This document shows, piece by piece, positions 10,274-19,837 of a stretch of 26,603 bases of DNA. Origin of the DNA: Seison nebaliae (lineage: Eukaryota); the NCBI GenBank assembly GCA_023231475.1, contig JALJEE010002051.1, forward strand, positions 62,001 to 88,603. The letters run 5' to 3'. The number at the start of each line of letters is the position of its first letter. Within the stretch, counting starts at the first letter, position 1. The notes beneath the pieces were generated by a model. That model did no database searches and had not been told where the DNA came from. It saw only the letters and a program-made list of their open reading frames with translations. The position numbers and the translations under genes are program-made.

Positions 10274-13200
10274 TCAGCGCAACAATTGAAATTGATCGTA
10301 ATTCGTCCGTAAAGAATTTAGTTCGAACTGATAAATCACGTAAAGTTGCTTTGCGGCGGCAGATAATTCGTGTAATCGCACACATCGATGACAGAAATAT
10401 ATGAAACGATTTGAATTCTTTATTCTGTTGACAATATCCGAACCGTCTTTGTAACATGTCTGGTCGTCGTCGTCATCGCCGTCATGATCGTCATGTTTGT
10501 CGTCGACAGCGGTAGCTGAGAGTAGAATTGCCTGTTGGAGATATGAATGAAGATGATTTTGTGAATTGTCGAACGACTGGAAATAGGCCAAATGAAACAA
10601 TTCGGATTGACAGAGATTACAAAAGAGAATGTTGTCAATGCGATTGGAGAGATCGATAGTTGGCGATTTAATTTTGAGAATTCTCGATTCATTTTTCGTC
10701 CATTTCACTTCCTTCTCCATCGATCTGAGATGAAGGAGAAGAAATCTTTTCAATTTCAAGAAGAGATTTCGTTGACGCATTTTGAGATTGATGGCGAATA
10801 TCCAAATGAAATGTTTGAATGGATATTCATTGAAGGATTGAATGAATTCGAATTGACGATATCGCTCCAATTCCAACATCAGATCAATCTGTCTCTCATT
10901 CATAGAGAATAAATTCCATGATAATAGATGCGTCACACCCAATGCCAACCAGGAATAAACAGCATTGTATTGTAGCCAGAGACATTCGCCCGGTTTTTGA
11001 AGAAATGTATAAATTCCACAATTCTCACGGAGAATATTATGGAAATTCGTCACAAAATAATTTCCATTGAGACAATCGATCTCGTTAGTTATCTGCTGGA
11101 ATCGATGAGAATAAGCAGCTGGAATTACCGTCCACATAATATCAGCTGGACCGATATTAATAAAGAAAGTGGAGGAAGCCATTGGCGATTGACTCAATGG
11201 CTGAATAGTACCGATAGTTGTCATGGTGATTGTAGGTCGAATACGACGAATTAATCCCGGTAAATTGGAGGTAAGAGTAAAAAGGTTGGATGGATGTTGC
11301 CATTGGAAAACTGATGGAAATTTATTCAATTCTGTCTGCAATTTTTTGAAATCAAGAAGAGTCTGCGAATTTAACTCGAATTCTTTCACTTGACTCAACA
11401 AATTATTTTGTAAATAATATTCGATCGTATTCTTCTCCAACACATGTTGTTGTTGTTGTTGAGAGTTTTTTCGATTTTTCAAATTATTGCCCTTCGAACA
11501 AATATCGATAATCTGTTGTGTTGATTGACATTGTTCGTTGTAGAATTGACAATATTTGATTTGTTCACTCATTTCGTTCGTTGAAGAGAATGTGGGTAAT
11601 TTGTTGGTGATGTTGTTGGAATTGTTAGTTGTAGGAGGATTAATAGACGATGATTTAGGTCGAAAAGAAGATTTCTTAAATTTTTGAATATTTAACCTTT
11701 GGAGACATTTTATCAGGAAGTTTTGTAGTTCAAGTGAATGTCGTTGACGACGACAACGTATCAATTGATCGGAATTCGTCATATAAATCGATTTAGCACT
11801 TAACATCGACAAATTAATTTTGGCGGAATTGACTAGACCTTTAATGAGGAGAACAGGTTGTTGATGAACGAAATTCTTGAAATTACCACTGTTAAATTCC
11901 CGCCGATAATTGATGAGAATGAATGGAACTGAATAAATTGACTTCTCTAAATTCTCTCTCATTTGTTTCTCGTCAATCAGATTGATGGATGTCACGACGG
12001 AATTGAGCGAAGGTGTCGACGACGATGATGGAGATGTCTTATCGGATGATAAATTTGATTGACGATTTTTCCCTTTACCATTCGAATTATTGTTCGAATG
12101 AGACGAAAATGATTGATAAGAATTGGAGAGATGAAGAACAAATTCGTTTTCATATCGTTTCAATTCATTGACGATTGCTTGAGAACGATATGGAGCATCT
12201 ATAATATTGAATTGAATATCATCATTGGATTGATGAGACATTCTCTGAAACGAATGATTTAATGTTAATGGCAAATGATGACTATGAATATGAGAAGATT
12301 TGCGAGAAATGAATCGATAATTAGTAGAATAATAATCGAGTAATGAATAACGGAATAATTTCACACGTCTCTTATGATTAATTAATCGATTAACAATCGT
12401 TAAACTATTTCGATTAATAATATCATTCTCATTATTTTGTTTGGGATGAGAAGCGAAATTGGTAGGAATGTGAATAATCTGATGGAAGATGGACATTGTT
12501 TCATCATTTTCGAATTTATTCGAATTATTGAAAAGATCAGTTCCCTGAAAATAATCGATAATTCGTCCGTTAAGTAATTGGAGAAGATTGTCATCGGATG
12601 ATGAGAAACGATTCGTATATTGATTCCCAATTATTCCATTCGATCGATTCCATAATTGATGATAAATGGTTTTGACGAAATCCTTCTCAAATTCATTGAA
12701 AAGAATCGAATCATCACTAGTCGAATCATCGATCGATATGTCTTCGTTAGAGAGAGATTTCGGTTTCAATAACGAAGACGATAAAGGCGGTGAATCGGGC
12801 AAGGAAAGATAATTGTTCGATAAGTCCTTCCGATGAATGATCGGGAATGGTTGACTCTTGAATTCATTCCGCCACAAATAACAAAAGTCTTTCTCAATTC
12901 CTCGATTCCACAAATTCTTCTGACGATTATTTATCACATAATTACAATTACAATTATTATTATTATTATTATTATTATTATCATTATTATTATCATCATC
13001 ATCATCATCATTATTATTATTATTATTATCATCATCATCATTATTATTATTATTATTTAAATTATTTTTCGATGATTCATTTTTAATATTTATTAAATTC
13101 ATCATCGTATTATTGGTGGTGGTAGTGGTGAGATTGGATGGAAGATTTCCTGGAGCATCTTTACTGTTCGACTTCTTCAATTTCACTTTCTGACACTCCT

Positions 13201-16200
13201 TCAACGACAACAATCGATCGATGTGATCTGAACATTCTTCTTTGACTCGACAAACAATATTTTCGTCGATCTGCTTCTCTTCCAACAAGAACTTGCGAAG
13301 TATGAGAAAACGTCGTTTGATGAAATCGATATTTGGAATGGAAATGGCGTTCATCATCATCTGATAAGTTTTCTCGTCTTGATTGATGTGTAATCGTCGG
13401 AATTGTTGAGAGAAGTTGGTGATGATGATAGATTGAGAGAATTCCTCTACATATTTCTTCATGAAACTCTTGAAATTCATCAAACATTTCTGGTAGCATT
13501 GGATGGCCTGGAGGATCTGTCCCGTCATCTCGTACAACAAACCGGCGTTATACCAAGCGGGCAGGAATGACTCATCCACATTCACCGAATAGATGTAAGC
13601 GGAAAGTGCATCATTACATTGGAGGTATGTATGGTAGAGATTGCCGATAGCGCACCACATCGTTGCCGTATAACCATAATTGATGGCCTCACTGAAATTA
13701 CGGAAGGCAATGATACCATTCGATTTCTCCATGGTGAGACATCGTCCATAAAGATACATTAACTTCCGATGTTTTGGTATGATTTGAAGGGCCTTGTCCA
13801 AATGACTTTTCATTAATTTATAAGAACGATTCAGACACTGATTATGAGCAGGACGACGACATAACAATTTCGGTTGTCGATGAAAGAGAAGTGACGATAA
13901 TCGAATATAATTCACTGTTAATTGATCGATTAATTTGCCACTTTCTTTAGAGGTGCGCGAATGAAATTGATGGAAAGTGAATGGCACCTCCACCGAATTG
14001 TTCAATAATTGTTGAGGGAAATAAAGCGATAACGCATTCATTCCATAAGTCAACGACGAATAAATGATTGACCGGATTTTTTGATTTTTTATGAAAAGTG
14101 AACCGAATCTCCTTTTCCGTTTATTTATTTGATGCTCATCCGACAATAACAACAATAATCGTGCTAGAGTGGATGAGAATTGAATAGAAATCTTTCGATT
14201 TTTCAATTCTTCCATCGTTTCAATCAAATGTGAATAGATGGAATAGGCGATGGAATTATTATGATAATTTAATTTATTCGAATCTTCTTCTAATGAACTG
14301 GTGAGTAGGAGGAGAATGTCGAATGACGAATTGAACATCGTATGTCTCAACCATGAATTCTTCCACTCCAAATATTGAAGTTTCGACGAGAGTGATCTCT
14401 CATAATCTTTGATATTGAATTCATCTTTCATCATCAACAATAAGGACGGTAACCAATCGTCTTGATGATGAAGGAGAATTTTATCTTGAATGAAATGAAC
14501 GGTTTGTATCAGATCAGAATAATTCTCTTCTTCCACAAGAATGTCATCCATTGTGAGAATACGAAGTAATTGTTGTAGAGCCATCATCAGATATCGTCTG
14601 GAACCATCGAATTGTCGTCGTTGTCGATAAATGAGAGAAATTTTGAGAAAAATGTCACTGTAAATGAATGGATGAATTGCCGCTGTTGTTGAGTGATAAT
14701 GGAGGAATAATTTGAATAGTTTCATCATCCAATTATATGAGCGAAGAATAAAATAAACGATAATTAATCCATATAATAAAGATGAATTGGTAATTAATAA
14801 TGGATTGTAATCGAGAGCATTCTGATAAGATTCGAGTGCTGCCGAATGCTCCTCAATTAGTAGATGCCAATGACCCATCTGGAGGAAGAGTTGAGCCATC
14901 TCATTCCGTTTATTCACAGCGAACAATGTAAAATGATGAAGTTTGAATTTCTGAAGTAATCTTGTCGTTCGAGCTGTACTCAAAATGAATTTAATTAGAC
15001 GAATCATATAAGAGAAGAGATCGATCGCTTTTCGGATCAATTTATCTCGTAATCGTCGAATGGATTGTGAAGAAAGTCGCCTCTCGATCTTGTTGACGAG
15101 AAGGAAAGACGATTCTAAATCATGTTCATTTCGACATTCATCGAAATCAGTAGAAAACTTTAAGAATGATGATGGCATTCCATTCACCGGACATTCTCTT
15201 TCCCTTATTAAATTCGTCTCATCTTCTCTTTCATTACGATCACTGTTGTTGTTGTTGTTGTTGTTGTTATCGAATTTGAATTGTTTGGAATCGATATCTT
15301 CCTCTTTCTTCTGAGTGGCTGCTGTTGTAACGATGGAATAATAAGTGTTGGTTGAAATAAATCGTCGTTTTCTTCGATATTTTGGAAGGAAATCACTGCT
15401 GACTCGATTTGAGTTTGTCAATGAATCATCAACAGCTGATGGATGTTGGAAGGACGTATAATAATTGTAGTGGAATGAAGAGAGTTGTAAGAGATGATTC
15501 AACTCGTTTAAATTGAGCAGAAAATGACATTTCTTTAATCGATTCGTCGACTGATCTCTCATTGGCACGTCGATGGTATCGTGATGGAAATTGAGATGAC
15601 GACGAGAGAAGGACGGACATGTTTCATGATATTCGTTATTCGAATAGAAATTGTTATTATCATCTTTCCCATGAAAGTTGTTATCCGTCGAACATTTAGA
15701 ACCAGATGATCTCTCCACATTAATCCTTGATGATGTTGTGGTGATTCGGATGGTAGCGTTGGAGGAGGAGGAAGGTGAAGAAAACAATGATGTGGAGGAT
15801 GATGAGAGAGAGGAGGAAGAGGAAGAACAAATTATTTTTGGATAATTCTTTCCATCATCCGAACATTTTACTTGATCTGATTCCTCATTCTCATCATTTT
15901 CGTTGAAAAGTTTCTCTTTTAAATCGTTTCGAATCGAATTATTTTTTTTTCTTCTTCCAATCCCTCCAACAATCCCATTAACTGGATCATAATTATTCTC
16001 ATAATAACGATTCTTATCTCTCTTATTTAATCCATTCAATGTTATTATTGTCGATGTGATTCCGGTGAGAATATCTGTCGTTGTCGTCCCTATTGTGGTG
16101 GCGGATTGGGAGAGGACTGATGAGTATGATGCGATTGTTGTGGTGACGGTTGAAGAGGAGAGAGGTATAATTTGAGATTTGATGACATTCGAATTCAATA

Positions 16201-16339
16201 AATTCAAATTTCTATTCTCTAAACATTCTCCGTTTGGTGATGGTATTTCAATGAAGCAATCCGGATTTCGTTCATATATATAATTGTCGTTGTGGTGGAA
16301 GTACGTTCGAGATTGAAAAGAATCATGTCTGTTCATCAT
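10274..16339 (-). CDS. KDM6A: KDM6/UTX-like protein (TPR + JmjC + C-terminal Zn-binding domain), intronless, about 2021 aa, predicted catalytically inactive
   Basis: TPR motifs resemble UTX: LQMGHWHLLIEEHSAALESYQNAL, LLYGLIIVYF, TMWCAIGNLYHTYLQCNDALSAYIYSVNVDESFLPAWYNAGLLYE. JmjC motifs: ELNKFP, INIGPADIMW, YTFLQKPGECLWL, LLSWNL. Zn domain: FCNLCQSELFH...YFCHRCVR. C-terminus: YQFELNSLRTNYDQFQL. First ATG at 16339. Confidence 0.88.
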   Translation of the reverse strand: MMNRHDSFQSRTYFHHNDNYIYERNPDCFIEIPSPNGECLENRNLNLLNSNVIKSQIIPLSSSTVTTTIASYSSVLSQSATTIGTTTTDILTGITSTIITLNGLNKRDKNRYYENNYDPVNGIVGGIGRRKKNNSIRNDLKEKLFNENDENEESDQVKCSDDGKNYPKIICSSSSSSLSSSSTSLFSSPSSSSNATIRITTTSSRINVERSSGSKCSTDNNFHGKDDNNNFYSNNEYHETCPSFSRRHLNFHHDTIDVPMRDQSTNRLKKCHFLLNLNELNHLLQLSSFHYNYYTSFQHPSAVDDSLTNSNRVSSDFLPKYRRKRRFISTNTYYSIVTTAATQKKEEDIDSKQFKFDNNNNNNNNSDRNEREDETNLIRERECPVNGMPSSFLKFSTDFDECRNEHDLESSFLLVNKIERRLSSQSIRRLRDKLIRKAIDLFSYMIRLIKFILSTARTTRLLQKFKLHHFTLFAVNKRNEMAQLFLQMGHWHLLIEEHSAALESYQNALDYNPLLITNSSLLYGLIIVYFILRSYNWMMKLFKLFLHYHSTTAAIHPFIYSDIFLKISLIYRQRRQFDGSRRYLMMALQQLLRILTMDDILVEEENYSDLIQTVHFIQDKILLHHQDDWLPSLLLMMKDEFNIKDYERSLSSKLQYLEWKNSWLRHTMFNSSFDILLLLTSSLEEDSNKLNYHNNSIAYSIYSHLIETMEELKNRKISIQFSSTLARLLLLLSDEHQINKRKRRFGSLFIKNQKIRSIIYSSLTYGMNALSLYFPQQLLNNSVEVPFTFHQFHSRTSKESGKLIDQLTVNYIRLSSLLFHRQPKLLCRRPAHNQCLNRSYKLMKSHLDKALQIIPKHRKLMYLYGRCLTMEKSNGIIAFRNFSEAINYGYTATMWCAIGNLYHTYLQCNDALSAYIYSVNVDESFLPAWYNAGLLYEMTGQILQAIQCYQKCLMNFKSFMKKYVEEFSQSIIITNFSQQFRRLHINQDEKTYQMMMNAISIPNIDFIKRRFLILRKFLLEEKQIDENIVCRVKEECSDHIDRLLSLKECQKVKLKKSNSKDAPGNLPSNLTTTTTNNTMMNLINIKNESSKNNLNNNNNNDDDDNNNNNNDDDDDDNNNDNNNNNNNNNCNCNYVINNRQKNLWNRGIEKDFCYLWRNEFKSQPFPIIHRKDLSNNYLSLPDSPPLSSSLLKPKSLSNEDISIDDSTSDDSILFNEFEKDFVKTIYHQLWNRSNGIIGNQYTNRFSSSDDNLLQLLNGRIIDYFQGTDLFNNSNKFENDETMSIFHQIIHIPTNFASHPKQNNENDIINRNSLTIVNRLINHKRRVKLFRYSLLDYYSTNYRFISRKSSHIHSHHLPLTLNHSFQRMSHQSNDDIQFNIIDAPYRSQAIVNELKRYENEFVLHLSNSYQSFSSHSNNNSNGKGKNRQSNLSSDKTSPSSSSTPSLNSVVTSINLIDEKQMRENLEKSIYSVPFILINYRREFNSGNFKNFVHQQPVLLIKGLVNSAKINLSMLSAKSIYMTNSDQLIRCRRQRHSLELQNFLIKCLQRLNIQKFKKSSFRPKSSSINPPTTNNSNNITNKLPTFSSTNEMSEQIKYCQFYNEQCQSTQQIIDICSKGNNLKNRKNSQQQQQHVLEKNTIEYYLQNNLLSQVKEFELNSQTLLDFKKLQTELNKFPSVFQWQHPSNLFTLTSNLPGLIRRIRPTITMTTIGTIQPLSQSPMASSTFFINIGPADIMWTVIPAAYSHRFQQITNEIDCLNGNYFVTNFHNILRENCGIYTFLQKPGECLWLQYNAVYSWLALGVTHLLSWNLFSMNERQIDLMLELERYRQFEFIQSFNEYPFKHFIWIFAINLKMRQRNLFLKLKRFLLLHLRSMEKEVKWTKNESRILKIKSPTIDLSNRIDNILFCNLCQSELFHLAYFQSFDNSQNHLHSYLQQAILLSATAVDDKHDDHDGDDDDDQTCYKDGSDIVNRIKNSNRFIYFCHRCVRLHELSAAAKQLYVIYQFELNSLRTNYDQFQLLR
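12953..13057. repeat. Coding trinucleotide tract (ATT/ATC)n giving poly-Asn/poly-Asp in the KDM6-like protein
   Basis: Read directly; it translates as alternating poly-N and poly-D runs on the minus strand. Confidence 0.95.
15245..15268. repeat. (GTT)8 coding microsatellite (poly-Asn in the KDM6-like N-terminal extension)
   Basis: Read directly. Confidence 0.9.
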
Positions 16340-17371
16340 TTCTTTCAAATTCTCTTCAATTCAATTGGCGATTCTTCAATTATCAAAAACGACATCTGCC
16401 AATTTCAAACAAAAATTTCAATAATTTAATCAGTGCATAATTCCGATCGATTCACACGTCGATGCACAACATCTTATTCAATTCACACTCAAATCTTTTC
16501 TCTCCTTCATATCTCATTCACAATCCAATCTAATTGTTACATCACTCCGATGAGATCCATCCACTTCAACATTTACATTCATCGTCCAATGACAGATCGA
16601 CACAGAAGTTCATGTATTTCTTTATTACAGATATAAATAAAATAATCATAATTAAGCAATTTTTCTTACATTTGCCTGTAATATTAATAGGAATTAATTC
16701 ATATCCATTTTCTACCTACCTTCAACATCTCTAACCATTCAACAAAACAATCATATTGAATTTTCAAATCACATTTTCAATTTTTGGCTCATATCCCAAG
16801 CTTAAAACTTAAACTCATCCAAACAACATATCGTGAATCTACATGAATTCCTACCACATTCCTCTCATCCACCACAAACTGATGACAACGCCATTCTCTA
16901 CCAAACTCTCCTCAAAAAAAAAACTGAATCTTCTCAGCATTGAACGTTCGATGAAAGAACTTTGTAATAAAGTCTAATAGACTAACAGGTTTCTCTAGTA
17001 GGAAAACCTCAAAATTCTTCTTCATTCGATCATTTCAAGGAACATCTTCGATTTCCCCATTTTTTTCATTTGAATGGTTAACACGGAAGACAGATAACAC
17101 GCATACACACATGTTCTCAAACATTCATGTTATTGAAAGCTTAAAATTCTATTAGTTTCCCCAACTTCTCATATGCACTCATTATCATTATCACTAGTTT
17201 ATTTGTCGGATGAAATGACGAATTCTAAAGAGATTTCGGAAAATTCATGTGAAATCCTATTTACAATTAGTTAATTCGAATTAGCCTGGAATTATACTAA
17301 TTTTAATTCTTTAATTTTTTTAAGGTAATTCGAATGAAAAAATGAAGGTGAAAAATATCAGAAATTTATAA

Positions 17372-18796
17372 TCACATCGGTTGTTTGTCCTCGTCTATGA
17401 TATCTAGTAAAATTTGTTCATAAGTTCCACGATTCTCGTCCTGTAACTTCTTTTTCAACGACTTTCCCGTTAACTTCTCAAACGCATCCGAAATATCAAC
17501 TAAATCGATCTAATAATATTGTTGTGATTTATATTTGATATTTAGAATTTATATAAAAATTTTTCAATATAATGTGTTTAACTTCTGATCTTGTAATTAG
17601 AATTCGATGTTGTTGACGTTCATCAGTTCCTAAGCCCTTCATAGCTTTTGCTAATAATTCGGCGAAATATCTCGGTTTGTTTACTGCACATTTAGCTGCA
17701 TGAAATTAACATTTTGAAATGAAATGTGGAAATAAAAAAAATCAAACCGATCGATAAGAGAATCTTCTTGTATTCACCATTAGTTGATTTTAGAAGAGAA
17801 TTGATGATGTTCTGTCCAGTAATTTGTCGATATCGTCTAAACGTTGCATTCAGATGAGAAAAGGAACGGAATGACATAATATTCATAAATTCTCCATTAA
17901 TAAATTGTTCATTATTCATGTTCTATTTATCAATATATCAAATTGGATTGTTATTTTATTAAGACGGGAATTATTTTTAGAAAAAATAAAACTTCCGACA
18001 TTAATTTAGCATCATGTTCAACAGCTCGAGGATTTACTCCGTACTTTTCCGGTTCTCGTCCTTTAGTGATGAGATTGACCAAAATTGTTTCGAGATGTCC
18101 GTCCGAATGTTCTTCCACCATACTTCTCAACTTCTTCCCGTAGACTTCAATCGAATAAAATCGTGAAAGAATCGAATTTAATAAAAAATTAACTTCGTTG
18201 ATAAGAAATGGCAATTTCATCGATCTCTTCTGTCGTTCTCGTACAAATAATTTCTTGTAACGTTCCTTTATTTTTGAAGAGATATTTAATGGCGAAATGT
18301 AATTCTTTCGCTTCATAATCTCTCAATGAACGTAAGAGTGATTTAAGCACATTCTCCACATGTCCATGATATTTATGTTTGATTTCTTCTACTGCATCGA
18401 TGTCATATGAATGACTGAAAGCGGCCAACATTTGTTGTCGTTGTCGATTACTCATTCGAGTGAGTAACTTGCCGATTAAAGCTCCACTATTCTCATCTGA
18501 ATTGGAAGTTATACAAAATGTATGAATTTAAAATATAAAAAGTTTAATAGAACGAACGATCACCAAAAAGATATTGGTAGAGAGTGTGAGCGGCTAATTC
18601 TGCATTGAAATCAGATGAACGATATATTGTTCCCTAAAATTCTATGATTCTACTCACTTCAATTGACAATACAAACTCGGAAATATGGTAATGGTTCGTC
18701 GACCTTATGATCATTTAACCATTTCTTATTGTGATGTTTATTATCGATTTCATCGAATTTTCTTTCAGTTTTATCTAATTTTTCGTTCAAACACAT
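17372..18796 (-). CDS. Annexin, four-repeat core, 7 exons (18796-18677, 18633-18558, 18496-18194, 18144-17993, 17922-17748, 17695-17583, 17509-17372), 358 aa
   Basis: Spliced translation: GTIYRSSDFNAELAAHTL...LLTRMSNRQRQQML...YEAKELHFAIK...LQEIICTRTTEEIDEI...EHDAKLM...RSFSHLNATFRRY...KPRYFAELLAKAMKGLGTDERQQHRILITRSE|IDLVDISDAF...SLKKKLQDENRGTYEQILL. Exon phases sum to 1077 nt. Confidence 0.93.
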
Positions 18797-19067
18797 TATC
18801 GTTAGAAGGAAAGAAGAAAACCTTTCAAATCTTGTAAAGTATTCTGAACCTTTGAAAAGAAATTTCCATTGTAACTGTCCTTCGAATCAGTATATGTCTG
18901 TTCGTAATAATCGTTGGCACTGACGCCGAACCCGGCTTCTAAAAAATCAAATAACTATAACTGGAGTTGATGGGAAAGTGAGTGAAAAGGTAAATTAAAC
19001 TTCTGATTTATCCATATCCTTCACGAATGATTATCGAACAACAACTTTTCTTATAGATTTCTCACTT

Positions 19068-19075
19068 TGACGTCA
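19068..19075. promoter_or_regulatory. Perfect CRE palindrome TGACGTCA in the divergent promoter between the annexin and EGF-peptide genes
   Basis: Exact 8-mer about 120 nt upstream of ATG 19193; function untested. Confidence 0.35.
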
Positions 19076-19154
19076 TCCCAATGCGACAAGGTTAAATTTA
19101 CAATTCATCATATCAACAACAAAATTTTAATCTTTAAACAAATATCACATTCCT

Positions 19155-19161
19155 TATAAAA
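19155..19161 (+). promoter_or_regulatory. Candidate TATA box (TATAAAA)
   Basis: 38 nt upstream of ATG 19193; the AT-rich background makes chance matches common. Confidence 0.35.
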
Positions 19162-19192
19162 ACTCAGTTGAACTGACCATTCTCCAGAAAAA

Positions 19193-19435
19193 ATGCAGAT
19201 TAATTTATTGTTCAGTCTTATCAGTTTCCTCTTCATCTCAACGATATTATGTCGTTCTGCTAGTTCTACTTCTTCTAACATTAAATTGTTGCTAAACTAT
19301 TTTCTAATTTTAGATCTTTGTAGGAAATGTGTCATGAAACATACGGATCGTTGTATCGAAATGGATCAGAAACCGTTATGTCTATGTAGCGCAGGTTTTG
19401 ATGGAATATATTGCCATTTAACAGTGAAGAAATGA
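19193..19435 (+). CDS. Small secreted single EGF-like domain peptide; probable frame-preserving intron 19263-19313 (alternative donor 19254)
   Basis: Hydrophobic signal peptide MQINLLFSLISFLFISTILCRSA, then the six-Cys pattern C-x2-C-x7-C-x8-C-x-C-SAGFDGIY-C, with the EGF C-terminal signature CxCxxGFxGxxC. A T-rich GTT..TAG segment lies between the signal peptide and the domain. Confidence 0.75.
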   Translation: MQINLLFSLISFLFISTILCRSASSTSSNIKLLLNYFLILDLCRKCVMKHTDRCIEMDQKPLCLCSAGFDGIYCHLTVKK

Positions 19436-19837
19436 GGAAGATGATTTTTAATGAAACATATTGAAAGAAGTAATTTAAATGAATGATAATAAATCAAATT
19501 CTTTTATTTAATTTGATAAGAATAAATCGATTTTCATTTCAATTCTCTTCGTTTTTCTTTCTTTTTTTTCGGTTTTGTCTCTCTAGTTTTGTATTACGTG
19601 TTATGAATATTCCTCCCACTCAGTTCAATGTACCTGCTGAACAGTTCTCTCATTCTATTTCCAATCAACTTTCAATTTCTTTTCCAATTTTAGAATAAGA
19701 GCATTTTTCGTAGGTTTGTCACCGTTTAAATTATCGTCGATTAAGCTTTCACTTTTGTTAAGGTCGTCCAACTCTTGGATTGATTAGAAGTTCATATTTC
19801 TTCCTCTCTCCAACGTCATTCTGTAAATTATCCTCAT

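Noticed and set aside
12833..13060. Poly-Ile ORF on the + strand
   Set aside because: Antisense reading of the Asn/Asp trinucleotide tract inside the KDM6-like CDS.
10080..15620. Short ORFs overlapping or antisense to the KDM6-like gene
   Set aside because: Shadow frames of a long CDS, with no recognisable motifs.
19603..19837. Possible extra upstream exons for the C48 protease (GTT..TAG block near 19644-19693)
   Set aside because: The splice combinations I tried end in stops before joining the protease frame; left unresolved.
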